This document shows positions 33,701 through 44,800 of a stretch of DNA of 64,000 nucleotides, piece by piece (within the stretch, counting starts at the first letter, position 1; each line of letters opens with the position of its first letter). Under the pieces are notes generated by a model. That model was not told the DNA's origin, did not search any database, and saw only the letters and a program-made list of their open reading frames with translations. This DNA comes from Heptranchias perlo (taxonomy: Eukaryota), in the NCBI RefSeq assembly GCF_035084215.1, contig NW_027139217.1:124001-188000 (forward strand). Reading direction: 5' to 3'. The position numbers and the translations under genes were made by a program.

Positions 33701-35124
33701 TGCGCCTCTCTTTCTCTGCGTGCGCCTCTCTTTCTCTGCGTGCGCCTCTCTTTCTCTGCGTGCGCCTCTCTCTCTGTGTGCGCCTCTCTCTCCCTCTGCG
33801 TGCGCCTCTCTCTCTCTCTGTGTGCGCCTCTCTCTCTCTCTGTGTGCGCCTCTCTCTCTCTCTGTGTGCGCCTCTCTTTCTCTCTGTGTGCGCCTCTCTC
33901 TCTCTCTGTGTGCGCCTCTCTCTCTCTCTGTGTGCGCCTCTCTTTCTCTCTGTGTGTGCCTCTCTTTCTCTCTGTGTGTGCCTCTCTTTCTCTCTGTGTG
34001 CGCCTCTCTCTCTCTGCGTGCGCCTCTCTCTCTCTCTGTGTGCGCCTCTCTCTCTCTCTGCGTGCGCCTCTCTCTCTCTCTGTGTGCGTCTCTCTCTCTC
34101 TGTGTGCGCCTCTCTTTCCCTCTATGTGCGCCTCTCTCTCTCTTTGTGCCCCTCTCTTTCCCTCTGTGTGCGCCTCTCTCTCTCTGCGTGCGCCTCACTC
34201 TCTCTGTGTGCGCCTCTCTTTCCCTCTGTGTGCGCCTCTCTCTCTCTGCGTGCGCCTCTCTCTCTCTCTGTGTGCGCCTCTCTCTCTCTGTGTGCGCCTC
34301 TCTTTCTCTCTGCGTGCGCCTCTCTTTCTCTCTGCGTGCGCCTCTCTTTCTCTCTGCGTGCGCCTCTCTCTCTCTCTGTGTGCGCCTCTCTTTCTCTCTG
34401 CGTGCGCCTCTCTTTCTCTCTGCGTGCGCCTCTCTTTCTCTCTGCGCGCGCCTCTCTTTCTCTCTGTGTGCGCCTCTCCTTGTCTCTGTGTGCGCCTCTC
34501 TCTCTCTGCGTGCGCCTCTCTCTCTCTCTGTGTGCGCCTCTCTTTCTCTCTGTGTGCGCCTCTCTCTCTCTGCGTGCGCCTCTCTCTCTCTCTGTGTGCG
34601 CCTCTCTTTCTCTCTGTGTGCGCCTCTCTTTCCCTCTGTGTGCGCCTCTCTTTCTCTGCGTGCGCCTCTCTCTCTCTCTGCGCGCGCCGCTCTCTCTCTC
34701 TGCGCGCGCCTCTCTCTCTCTCTGCGCGCGCCTCTCTCTCTCTCTGCGCGCGCCTCTCTTTCTCTCTGCGTGCGCCTCTCTTTCTCTCTGCGTGCGCCTC
34801 TCTTTCTCTCTGCGTGCGCCTCTCTTTCTCTCTGCGTGCGCCTCTCTTTCTCTCTGCGTGCGCCTCTCTTTCTCTCTGCGTGCGCCTCTCTGTCTCTCTG
34901 CGTGCGCCTCTCTTTCTCTCTGCGTGCGCCTCTCTCTTTCTCTCTGCGTGCGCCTCTCTTTCTCTCTGCGTGCGCCTCTCTCTCTCTCTGCGTGCGCCTC
35001 TCTTTCTCTCTGCGTGCGCCTCTCTTTCTCTCTGCGTGCGCCTCTCTCTTTCTCTCTGCGTGCGCCTCTCTTTCTCTCTGCGTGCGCCTCTCTTTCTGCA
35101 TGCGCCTCTCTTTCTCTCTGCGTT
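30760..35124. repeat. ~20-24-bp satellite (CT)n-GYGTGCGC, block 1
   Basis: Grades from TG/TC microsatellite into a regular unit. Confidence 0.97.
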
Positions 35125-38100
35125 CATCTCCCTCCAAAACAGGTATACCGTTTTGGATACTGTTGGCGGAGATGGCTTACCAGGGGAAGGTGGCAGTGGC
35201 CAGGTTCATGGCACCGTGGCTGGCTCTGCTGCACAGGAGGGCAGGAAAAAGAGTGGCAGAGCTATAGTGATAGGGGACTCGATTGTAAGGGGAATAGACA
35301 GGCGTTTCTGCGGACGCAACCGAGACTCTAGGATGGTATGTTGCCTCCCTGGTGCAAGGGTCAAGGATGTCTCGGAGCGGCTGCAGGACATTCTGGAGGG
35401 GGAGGGTGAACAGCCAGTTGTCGTGGTGCATATAGGCACCAACGATATAGGTAAAAAACAGGATGAGGTCCTACAAGCTGAATTTAGGGAGTTAGGAGTT
35501 AAACTAAAGAGTAGGACCTCAAAGGTAGTAATCTCAGGATTGCTACCAGTGCCACGGGCAAGTCAGAGTAGGAATGACAGGATAGCTAAGATGAATACGT
35601 GGCTTGAGAGATGGTGCAAGAGGGAGGGATTCAAATTCCTGGGCCATTGGAACCGGTTCTGGGGGAGGTGGGACCAGTACAAATTGGACGGTCTGCATCT
35701 GGGCAGGACTGGAACCAATGTCCTAGGGGGAGTGTTTGCCAGTGCTGTTGGGGAGGGTTTAAACTAATGTGGCAGGGGGATGGGAACCGATGCAGGAAGT
35801 CAGTGGGAAATAAAGTGGTGACAGAAACAAAAGGCAGTAAGGGAGAGTGTACAGAACATGACCGGACAGATGGTCTGAGAAAGCAGGGCAAAGACCAAGG
35901 GAAGACTAGATTAAACTGCATTTATTTCAATGCAAGAAGTCTGATGGGCAAGGCAGATGAACTCAGGGCATGGATGGGTACATGGGACTGGGATGTTATA
36001 GCTATTACTGAAACATGGCTAAGGGAGGGGCAGGACTGGCAGCTCAATGTTCCAGGGTACAGATGCTATAGGAAAGATAGAGCAGGAGGTAAGAGAGGAG
36101 GGGGAGTTGCGTTCTTGATTAGGGAGAACATCACGGCAGTAGTGAGAGGGGATATATCCGAGGGTTCGCCCACTGAGTCCATATGGGTAGAACTGAAAAA
36201 TAAGAAGGGAGAGATCACTTTGATAGGATTGTACTACAGACCCCCAAATAGTCAACGGGAAATTGAGGAGCAAATATGTAAGGAGATTACAGACAGCTGC
36301 AAGAAAAATAGGGTGGTAATAGTAGGGGACTTTAACTTTCCCAACATTGACTGGGACAGCCATAGCATTAGGGGCTTGAATGGAGAGAAATTTGTTGAGT
36401 GTATTCAGGAGGAATTTCTCATTCAGTATGTGGATGGCCCGACTAGAGAGGGGGCAAAACTTGACCTCCTCTTGGGAAATAAGGAAGGGCAGGTGACAGA
36501 AGTGTTAGTGAGGGATCATTTTGGGACCAGTGATCATAATTCCATTAGTTTTAAGATAGCTATGGAGAATGATAAGACCTATCATTCTCCATAGTTAAAA
36601 TTCTAAATTGGGGAAAGTTAAAATTCTAAATTGGGGAAAGGCCAATTTTGATGGTATTAGACAGGAACTTTCAGAAGTTGATTGGGAGAGTCTGTTGGCA
36701 GGCAAAGGGACGTCTGGTAAGTGGGAGGCTTTCAAAAGTGTGTTAACCAGGGTTCAGTGTAAGCACATTCCTTATAAAGTGAAGGGCAAGGCTGGTAGAA
36801 GTAGGGAACCTTGGATGACTCGGGAGATTGAGGCACTAGTCAAAAATAAGAAGGAGGCATATGACATGCATAGGCAGCTGGGATCAAGTGGATCCCTTGA
36901 AGAGTATAGAGATTGCCGGAGTAGAGTTAAGAGAGAAATCAGGAGGGCAAAAAGGGGATATGAGATTGCTTTGGCAGATCAGGCAAAGGTGAATCCAAAG
37001 AGCTTCTACAAATACATAAAGGGCAAAAGGGTAACAAGGGAGAGAGTAGGGCCTCTTAAGGATCAACAAGGTCATCTATGTGCGGAACCACAAGAGATGG
37101 GTGAGATCCTGAATGAATATTTCACATCGGTATTTACGGTTGAGAAAGGCATGGATGTTAGGGAACTTGGGGAAATAAATAGTGATGTCTTGAGGAGTGT
37201 ACATATTACAGAGAGGGAGGTGCTGGAAGTCTTAACGCGCATCAAGGTAGATAAATCTCCGGGACCTGATGAAATGTATCCCAGGACGTTATGGGAGGTT
37301 AGGGAGGAAATTGCGGGTCCCCTAGCAGAGATATTTGAATCATCCACCGCTACAGGTGAGGTGCCTGAAGATTGGAGGGTAGCAAATGTTGTGCCTTTGT
37401 TTAAGAAGGGCGGCAGGGAAAAGCCTGGGAACTACAGACCAGTGAGCCTGACATCTGTAGTGGGTAAGTTGTTAGAGGGTATTCTGAGGGACAGAATCTA
37501 CAGGCATTTGGAGAGGCAGGGACTAATTAGGAACAGTCAGCATGGTTTTGTGAGAGGAAAATCATGTCTCACGAATTTGATTGAGTTTTTTGAAGGGGTA
37601 ACCAAGAAGATAGATGAGGGCTGTGCAGTAGACGTGGTCTACATGGACTTCAGCAAAGCATTTGACAAGGTACCGCATGGTAGGTTGTTACATAAGGTTA
37701 AATCTCATGGGATCCAAGGTGAGGTAGCCAATTGGATACAAAATTGGCTTGACGACAGAAGACAGAGGGTGGTTGTCGAGGGTTGTTTTTCAAACTGGAT
37801 GCCTGTGTCCAGCGGTGTGCCTCAGGGATCGGTGCTGGGTCCGCTGTTATTTGTTATTTATATTAATGATTTGGATGAGAATTTAGGAGGCATGGTTAGT
37901 AAGTTTGCAGATGACACCAAGATTGGTGGCATTGTGGACAGTGAAGAAGGTTATCTAGGATTGCAACGGGATCTTGATAAATTGGGCCAGTGGGCCGATG
38001 AATGGCAGATGGAGTTTAATTTAGATAAATGTGAGGTGATGCATTTTGGTAGATCGAATCGGGCCAGGACCTACTCCGTTAATGGTAGGGCGTTGGGGAG

Positions 38101-38835
38101 AGTTATAGAACAAAGAGATCTCGGAGTACAGATTCATAGCTCCTTGAAAGTGGAGTCACAGGTGGATAGGGTGGTGAAGAAGGCATTCAGCATGCTTGGT
38201 TTCATTGGTCAGAACATTGAATGCAGGAGTTGGGATGTCTTGTTGAAGTTGTACAGGGCATTGGTGAGGCCACACTTGGAGTACTGTGTACAGTTCTGGT
38301 CACCCTATTATAGAAAGGATATTATTAAACTAGAAAGAGTGCAGAAAAGATTTACTAGGATGCTACCGGGACTTGATGGTTTGACTTACAGGGAGAGGTT
38401 AGACAGACTGGGACTTTATTCCCTGGAGAGTAGGAGGTTAAGGGGTGATCTTATAGAAGTCTATAAAATAATGAGGGGCATAGATAAGGTCGACAGTCAA
38501 AATCTTTTCCCAAAGGTAGGGGAGTCTATAACGAGGGGACATAGATTTAAGGTGAGAGGGGAGAGATACAAAAGGATCCAGAGGGGCAATTTTTTCACTC
38601 AAAGGGTGGTGAGTGTCTGGAACGAGCTGCCAGAGGCAGTAGTAGAGGCGGGTACAATTTTGTCTTTTAAAAAGCATTTGGACAGTTACATGGGGAAGAT
38701 GGGTATCGAGGGATATGGGCCAAGTGCAGGCAATTGGGACTAGCTTAGTGGTATAAACTGGGCGACATGGACATGTTGGGCCGAAGGGCCTGTTTCCATG
38801 TTGTAACTTCTATGATTCTATGATTCTATGATTCT
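35125..38835 (+). mobile_element. 5'-truncated young CR1 LINE, copy 1 (ORF1 esterase part to 35767, ORF2 ~35758-38743 broken at 36575-36615, (TTCTATGA)3 tail)
   Basis: GDS/GTND/DGLH esterase; EN motifs in 35611-36594; uninterrupted RT frame 36608-38743; octamer tail 38808-38835. Confidence 0.97.
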
Positions 38836-41800
38836 CTCTTTCTCTCTGCGTGCGCCTCTCTTTCTCTCTGCGTGCGCCTCTCTTTCTCTCTGCGTGCGCC
38901 TCTCTTTCTCTCTGTGTGCGCCTCTCTCTCTCTCTGTGTCCGCCTCTCTTTCTCTCTGTGTGTGCCTCTCTTTCTCTCTGCGTGCGCCTCTCTTTCTCTC
39001 TGTGTGTGCCTCTCTTTCTCTCTGTGTGCGCCTCTCTCTCTCTCTCTCTGTCCGCCTCTCTCTCTCTCTGTGTCCGCCTCTCTTTCTCTCTGTGTGTGCC
39101 TCTCTTTCTCTCTGTGTGTGCCTCTCTCTCTCTTTGTGCCCCTCTCTCTCTGCGTGCGCCTCTCTCTCTCTCTGCGTGCCCCTCTCTCTCTGCGTGCGCC
39201 TCTCTCTCTCTCTGCGTGCGCCTCTCTCTCTCTCTGCGTGCGCCTCTCTCTCTCTCTGTGTGCCCCTCTCTTTCTCTCTGTGTGCGCCTCTCTCTCTCTC
39301 TGTGTGCGCCTCTCTCTCTCTCTGTGTGCGCCTCTCTCTCCCTCTGCGTGCGCCTCTCTCTCTCTCTGTGTGCGCCTCTCTCTCTCTCTGTGTGCGCCTC
39401 TCTTTCTCTCTGTGTGCGCCTCTCTTTCGCTCTGTGTGCGCCTCTCTCTCTCTCTGTGTGCGCCTCTCTTTCTCTCTCTGTGTGCGCCTCTCTTTCTCTC
39501 TGTGTGCGCCTCTCTTTCTCTCTGTGTGTGCCTCTCTTTCTCTCTGTGTGCGCCTCTCTCTCTCTCTGTGTGCGCCTCTCTCTCTCTCTGTGTGCGCCTC
39601 TCTTTCTCTCTGTGTGCGCCTCTCTTTCTCTCTGTGTGCGCCTCTCTCTCTCTCTGTGTCCGCCTCTCTCTCTCGACGTGTGCCTCTCTTTCTCTCTGCG
39701 TGCGCCTCTCTTTCTCTCTGCGTGCGCCTCTCTTTCTCTCTGCGTGCGCCTCTCTTTCTCTCTGCGTGCGCCTCTCTTTCTCTCTGTGTGCGCCTCTCTC
39801 TCTCTCTGTGTGCGCCTCTCTCTCTCTCTGTGTGCGCCTCTCTTTCTCTCTGTGTGCGCCTCTCTTTCTCTCTGTGTGTGCCTCTCTTTCTCTCTGTGTG
39901 CGCCTCTCTCTCTCTCTGTGTGCGCCTCTCTCTCTCTCTGTGTGCGCCTCTCTTTCTCTCTGTGTGCGCCTCTCTTTCTCTCTGTGTGCGCCTCTCTTTC
40001 TCTCTGTGTGCGCCTCTCTCTCTCTCTGTGTGCGCCTCTCTCTCTCTCTGTGTGCGCCTCTCTTTCTCTCTGTGTGCGCCTCTCTCTCTCTCTGTGTGCG
40101 CCTCTCTCTCTGTGTGCGCCTCTCTTTCTCTCTGTGTGCGCCTCTCTCTCTGTGTGCGCCTCTCTTTCTCTCTGTGTGCGCCTCTCTCTCTCTCTGCGTG
40201 CGCCTCTCTTTCTCTCTGTGTGCGCCTCTCTCTCTCTCTGTGTGCGCCTCTCTCTCTCTCTGTGTGCGCCTCTCTCTCTCTCTGTGTGCGCCTCTCTTTC
40301 TCTCTGTGTGCGCCTCTCTCTCTCTCTGTGTGCGCCTCTCTCTCTGTGTGCGCCTCTCTTTCTCTCTGTGTGCGCCTCTCTCTCTGTGTGCGCCTCTCTT
40401 TCTCTCTGTGTGCGCCTCTCTCTCTCTCTGCGTGCGCCTCTCTTTCTCTCTGTGTGCGCCTCTCTCTCTCTCTGTGTGCGCCTCTCTCTCTCTCTGTGTG
40501 CGCCTCTCTCTCTCTCTGCGTGCGCCTCTCTTTCTCTCTGCGTGCGCCTCTCTCTCTCTCTGTGTGCGCCTCTCTCTCTCTCTGTGTGCGCCTCTCTCTC
40601 TCTCTGTGTGCGCCTCTCTCTCTCTCTGTGTGCGCCTCTCTCTCTCTCTGCGTGCGCCTCTCTCTCTCTCTGCGTGCGCCTCTCTCTCTCTCTGCGTGCG
40701 CCTCTCTGTCTCTCTGCGTGCGCCTCTCTCTCTCTCTGCGTGCGCCTCTCTCTCTCTGTGTGCGCCTCTCTTTCTCTCTGTGTGCGCCTCTCTCTCTCTC
40801 TCTGTGTGCGCCTCTCTTTCTCTCTGTGTGCGCCTCTCTCTCTCTCTCTGTGTGCGCCTCTCTTTCTCTCTGTGTGCGCCTCTCTCTCTCTGTGTGCGCC
40901 TCTCTTTCTCTCTGTGTGCGCCTCTCTCTCTCTCTCTGTGTGCGCCTCTCTCTCTCTGTGTGCGCCTCTCTTTCTCTCTGTGTGCGCCTCTCTCTCTCTC
41001 TCTCTGTGTGCGCCTCTCTCTCTCTCTGTGTGCGCCTCTCTCTCTCTGTGTGCGCCTCTCTCTCTCTGTGTGCGCCTCTCTTTCTCTCTGTGTGCGCCTC
41101 TCTCTCTCTCTCTGTGTGCGCCTCTCTCTCTCTCTCTGTGTGCGCCTCTCTCTCTCTCTCTGTGTGCGCCTCTCTTTCTCTCTGTGTGCGCCTCTCTCTC
41201 TCTCTCTGTGTGCGCCTCTCTTTCTCTCTGTGTGCGCCTCTCTCTCTCTCTCTGTGTGCGCCTCTCTTTCTCTCTGTGTGCGCCTCTCTCTCTCTCTCTG
41301 TGTGCGCCTCTCTCTCTCTCTCTGTGTGCGCCTCTCTTTCTCTCTGTGTGCGCCTCTCTCTCTCTCTCTGTGTGCGCCTCTCTTTCTCTCTGTGTGCGCC
41401 TCTCTCTCTCTCTCTGTGTGCGCCTCTCTTTCTCTCTGTGTGCGCCTCTCTCTCTCTGTGTGCGCCTCTCTTTCTCTCTGTGTGCGCCTCTCTCTCTCTC
41501 TGTGTGCGCCTCTCTCTCTCTCTCTGTGTGCGCCTCTCTCTCTCTCTCTGTGTGCGCCTCTCTCTCTCTCTCTGTGTGCGCCTCTCTTTCTCTCTGTGTG
41601 CGCCTCTCTCTCTCTGTGTGCGCCTCTCTTTCTCTCTGTGTGCGCCTCTCTCTCTCTCTCTGTGTGCGCCTCTCTTTCTCTCTGTGTGCGCCTCTCTCTC
41701 TCTGTGTGCGCCTCTCTTTCTCTCTGTGTGCGCCTCTCTCTCTCTCTGTGTGCGCCTCTCTCTCTCTCTCTGTGTGCGCCTCTCTCTCTCTCTCTGTGTG

Positions 41801-44800
41801 CGCCTCTCTCTCTCTCTCTGTGTGCGCCTCTCTTTCTCTCTGTGTGCGCCTCTCTCTCTCTCTGTGTGCGCCTCTCTCTCTCTGTGTGCGCCTCTCTTTC
41901 TCTCTGTGTGCGCCTCTCTCTCTCTCTCTGTGTGCGCCTCTCTCTCTCTCTGTGTGCGCCTCTCTCTCTCTCTCTGTGTGCGCCTCTCTTTCTCTCTGTG
42001 TGCGCCTCTCTCTCTCTCTCTGTGTGCGCCTCTCTTTCTCTCTGTGTGCGCCTCTCTCTCTCTCTGTGTGCGCCTCTCTCTCTCTCTGTGTGCGCCTCTC
42101 TCTCTCTCTCTGTGTGCGCCTCTCTCTCTCTCTGTGTGCGCCTCTCTCTCTCTCTCTGTGTGCGCCTCTCTCTCTCTCTGTGTGCGCCTCTCTCTCTCTC
42201 TGTGTGCGCCTCTCTCTCTCTCTCTGTGTGCGCCTCTCTCTCTCTCTGTGTGCGCCTCTCTCTCTCTCTGTGTGCGCCTCTCTTTCTCTCTGTGTGCGCC
42301 TCTCTCTCTCTCTCTGTGTGCGCCTCTCTCTCTCTCTGTGTGCGCCTCTCTCTCTCTCTCTGTGTGCGCCTCTCTCTCTCTCTGCGTGCGCCTCTCTTTC
42401 TCTCTGCGTGCGCCTCTCTCTCTCTCTGTGTGCGCCTCTCTCTCTCTCTGTGTGCGCCTCTCTCTCCCTCTGCGTGCGCCTCTCTCTCTCTCTGTGTGCG
42501 CCTCTCTCTCTCTCTGTGTGCGCCTCTCTTTCTCTCTGTGTGCGCCTCTCTTTCGCTCTGTGTGCGCCTCTCTCTCTCTCTGTGTGCGCCTCTCTTTCTC
42601 TCTCTGTGTGCGCCTCTCTTTCTCTCTGTGTGCGCCTCTCTTTCTCTCTGTGTGTGCCTCTCTTTCTCTCTGTGTGCGCCTCTCTCTCTCTCTGTGTGCG
42701 CCGCTCTCTCTCTCTGTGTGCGCCTCTCTTTCTCTCTGTGTGCGCCTCTCTTTCTCTCTGTGTGCGCCTCTCTCTCTCTCTGTGTCCGCCTCTCTCTCTC
42801 GACGTGTGCCTCTCTTTCTCTCTGCGTGCGCCTCTCTTTCTCTCTGCGTGCGCCTCTCTTTCTCTCTGCGTGCGCCTCTCTTTCTCTCTGCGTGCGCCTC
42901 TCTTTCTCTCTGTGTGCGCCTCTCTCTCTCTCTGTGTGCGCCTCTCTCTCTCTCTGTGTGCGCCTCTCTTTCTCTCTGTGTGCGCCTCTCTTTCTCTCTG
43001 TGTGTGCCTCTCTTTCTCTCTGTGTGCGCCTCTCTCTCTCTCTGTGTGCGCCTCTCTCTCTCTCTGTGTGCGCCTCTCTTTCTCTCTGTGTGCGCCTCTC
43101 TTTCTCTCTGTGTGCGCCTCTCTTTCTCTCTGTGTGCGCCTCTCTCTCTCTCTGTGTGCGCCTCTCTCTCTCTCTGTGTGCGCCTCTCTTTCTCTCTGTG
43201 TGCGCCTCTCTCTCTCTCTGTGTGCGCCTCTCTCTCTGTGTGCGCCTCTCTTTCTCTCTGTGTGCGCCTCTCTCTCTGTGTGCGCCTCTCTTTCTCTCTG
43301 TGTGCGCCTCTCTCTCTCTCTGCGTGCGCCTCTCTTTCTCTCTGTGTGCGCCTCTCTCTCTCTCTGTGTGCGCCTCTCTCTCTCTCTGTGTGCGCCTCTC
43401 TTTCTCTCTGTGTGCGCCTCTCTCTCTCTCTGTGTGCGCCTCTCTCTCTGTGTGCGCCTCTCTTTCTCTCTGTGTGCGCCTCTCTCTCTGTGTGCGCCTC
43501 TCTTTCTCTCTGTGTGCGCCTCTCTCTCTCTCTGCGTGCGCCTCTCTTTCTCTCTGTGTGCGCCTCTCTCTCTCTCTGTGTGCGCCTCTCTCTCTCTCTG
43601 TGTGCGCCTCTCTCTCTCTCTGCGTGCGCCTCTCTTTCTCTCTGCGTGCGCCTCTCTCTCTCTCTGTGTGCGCCTCTCTCTCTCTCTGTGTGCGCCTCTC
43701 TCTCTCTCTGTGTGCGCCTCTCTCTCTCTCTGTGTGCGCCTCTCTCTCTCTCTGCGTGCGCCTCTCTCTCTCTCTGCGTGCGCCTCTCTCTCTCTCTGCG
43801 TGCGCCTCTCTGTCTCTCTGCGTGCGCCTCTCTCTCTCTCTGCGTGCGCCTCTCTCTCTCTGTGTGCGCCTCTCTTTCTCTCTGTGTGCGCCTCTCTCTC
43901 TCTCTCTGTGTGCGCCTCTCTTTCTCTCTGTGTGCGCCTCTCTCTCTCTCTCTGTGTGCGCCTCTCTTTCTCTCTGTGTGCGCCTCTCTCTCTCTGTGTG
44001 CGCCTCTCTTTCTCTCTGTGTGCGCCTCTCTCTCTCTCTCTGTGTGCGCCTCTCTCTCTCTGTGTGCGCCTCTCTTTCTCTCTGTGTGCGCCTCTCTCTC
44101 TCTCTCTCTGTGTGCGCCTCTCTCTCTCTCTGTGTGCGCCTCTCTCTCTCTGTGTGCGCCTCTCTCTCTCTGTGTGCGCCTCTCTTTCTCTCTGTGTGCG
44201 CCTCTCTCTCTCTCTCTGTGTGCGCCTCTCTCTCTCTCTCTGTGTGCGCCTCTCTCTCTCTCTCTGTGTGCGCCTCTCTTTCTCTCTGTGTGCGCCTCTC
44301 TCTCTCTCTCTGTGTGCGCCTCTCTTTCTCTCTGTGTGCGCCTCTCTCTCTCTCTCTGTGTGCGCCTCTCTTTCTCTCTGTGTGCGCCTCTCTCTCTCTC
44401 TCTGTGTGCGCCTCTCTCTCTCTCTCTGTGTGCGCCTCTCTTTCTCTCTGTGTGCGCCTCTCTCTCTCTCTCTGTGTGCGCCTCTCTTTCTCTCTGTGTG
44501 CGCCTCTCTCTCTCTCTCTGTGTGCGCCTCTCTTTCTCTCTGTGTGCGCCTCTCTCTCTCTGTGTGCGCCTCTCTTTCTCTCTGTGTGCGCCTCTCTCTC
44601 TCTCTGTGTGCGCCTCTCTCTCTCTCTCTGTGTGCGCCTCTCTCTCTCTCTCTGTGTGCGCCTCTCTCTCTCTCTCTGTGTGCGCCTCTCTTTCTCTCTG
44701 TGTGCGCCTCTCTCTCTCTGTGTGCGCCTCTCTTTCTCTCTGTGTGCGCCTCTCTCTCTCTCTCTGTGTGCGCCTCTCTTTCTCTCTGTGTGCGCCTCTC

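Noticed and set aside
36608-38743. Stand-alone or domesticated reverse transcriptase gene
   Set aside because: Ordinary CR1 ORF2 remainder downstream of a local lesion; begins at TTG within the duplicated 23-mer.
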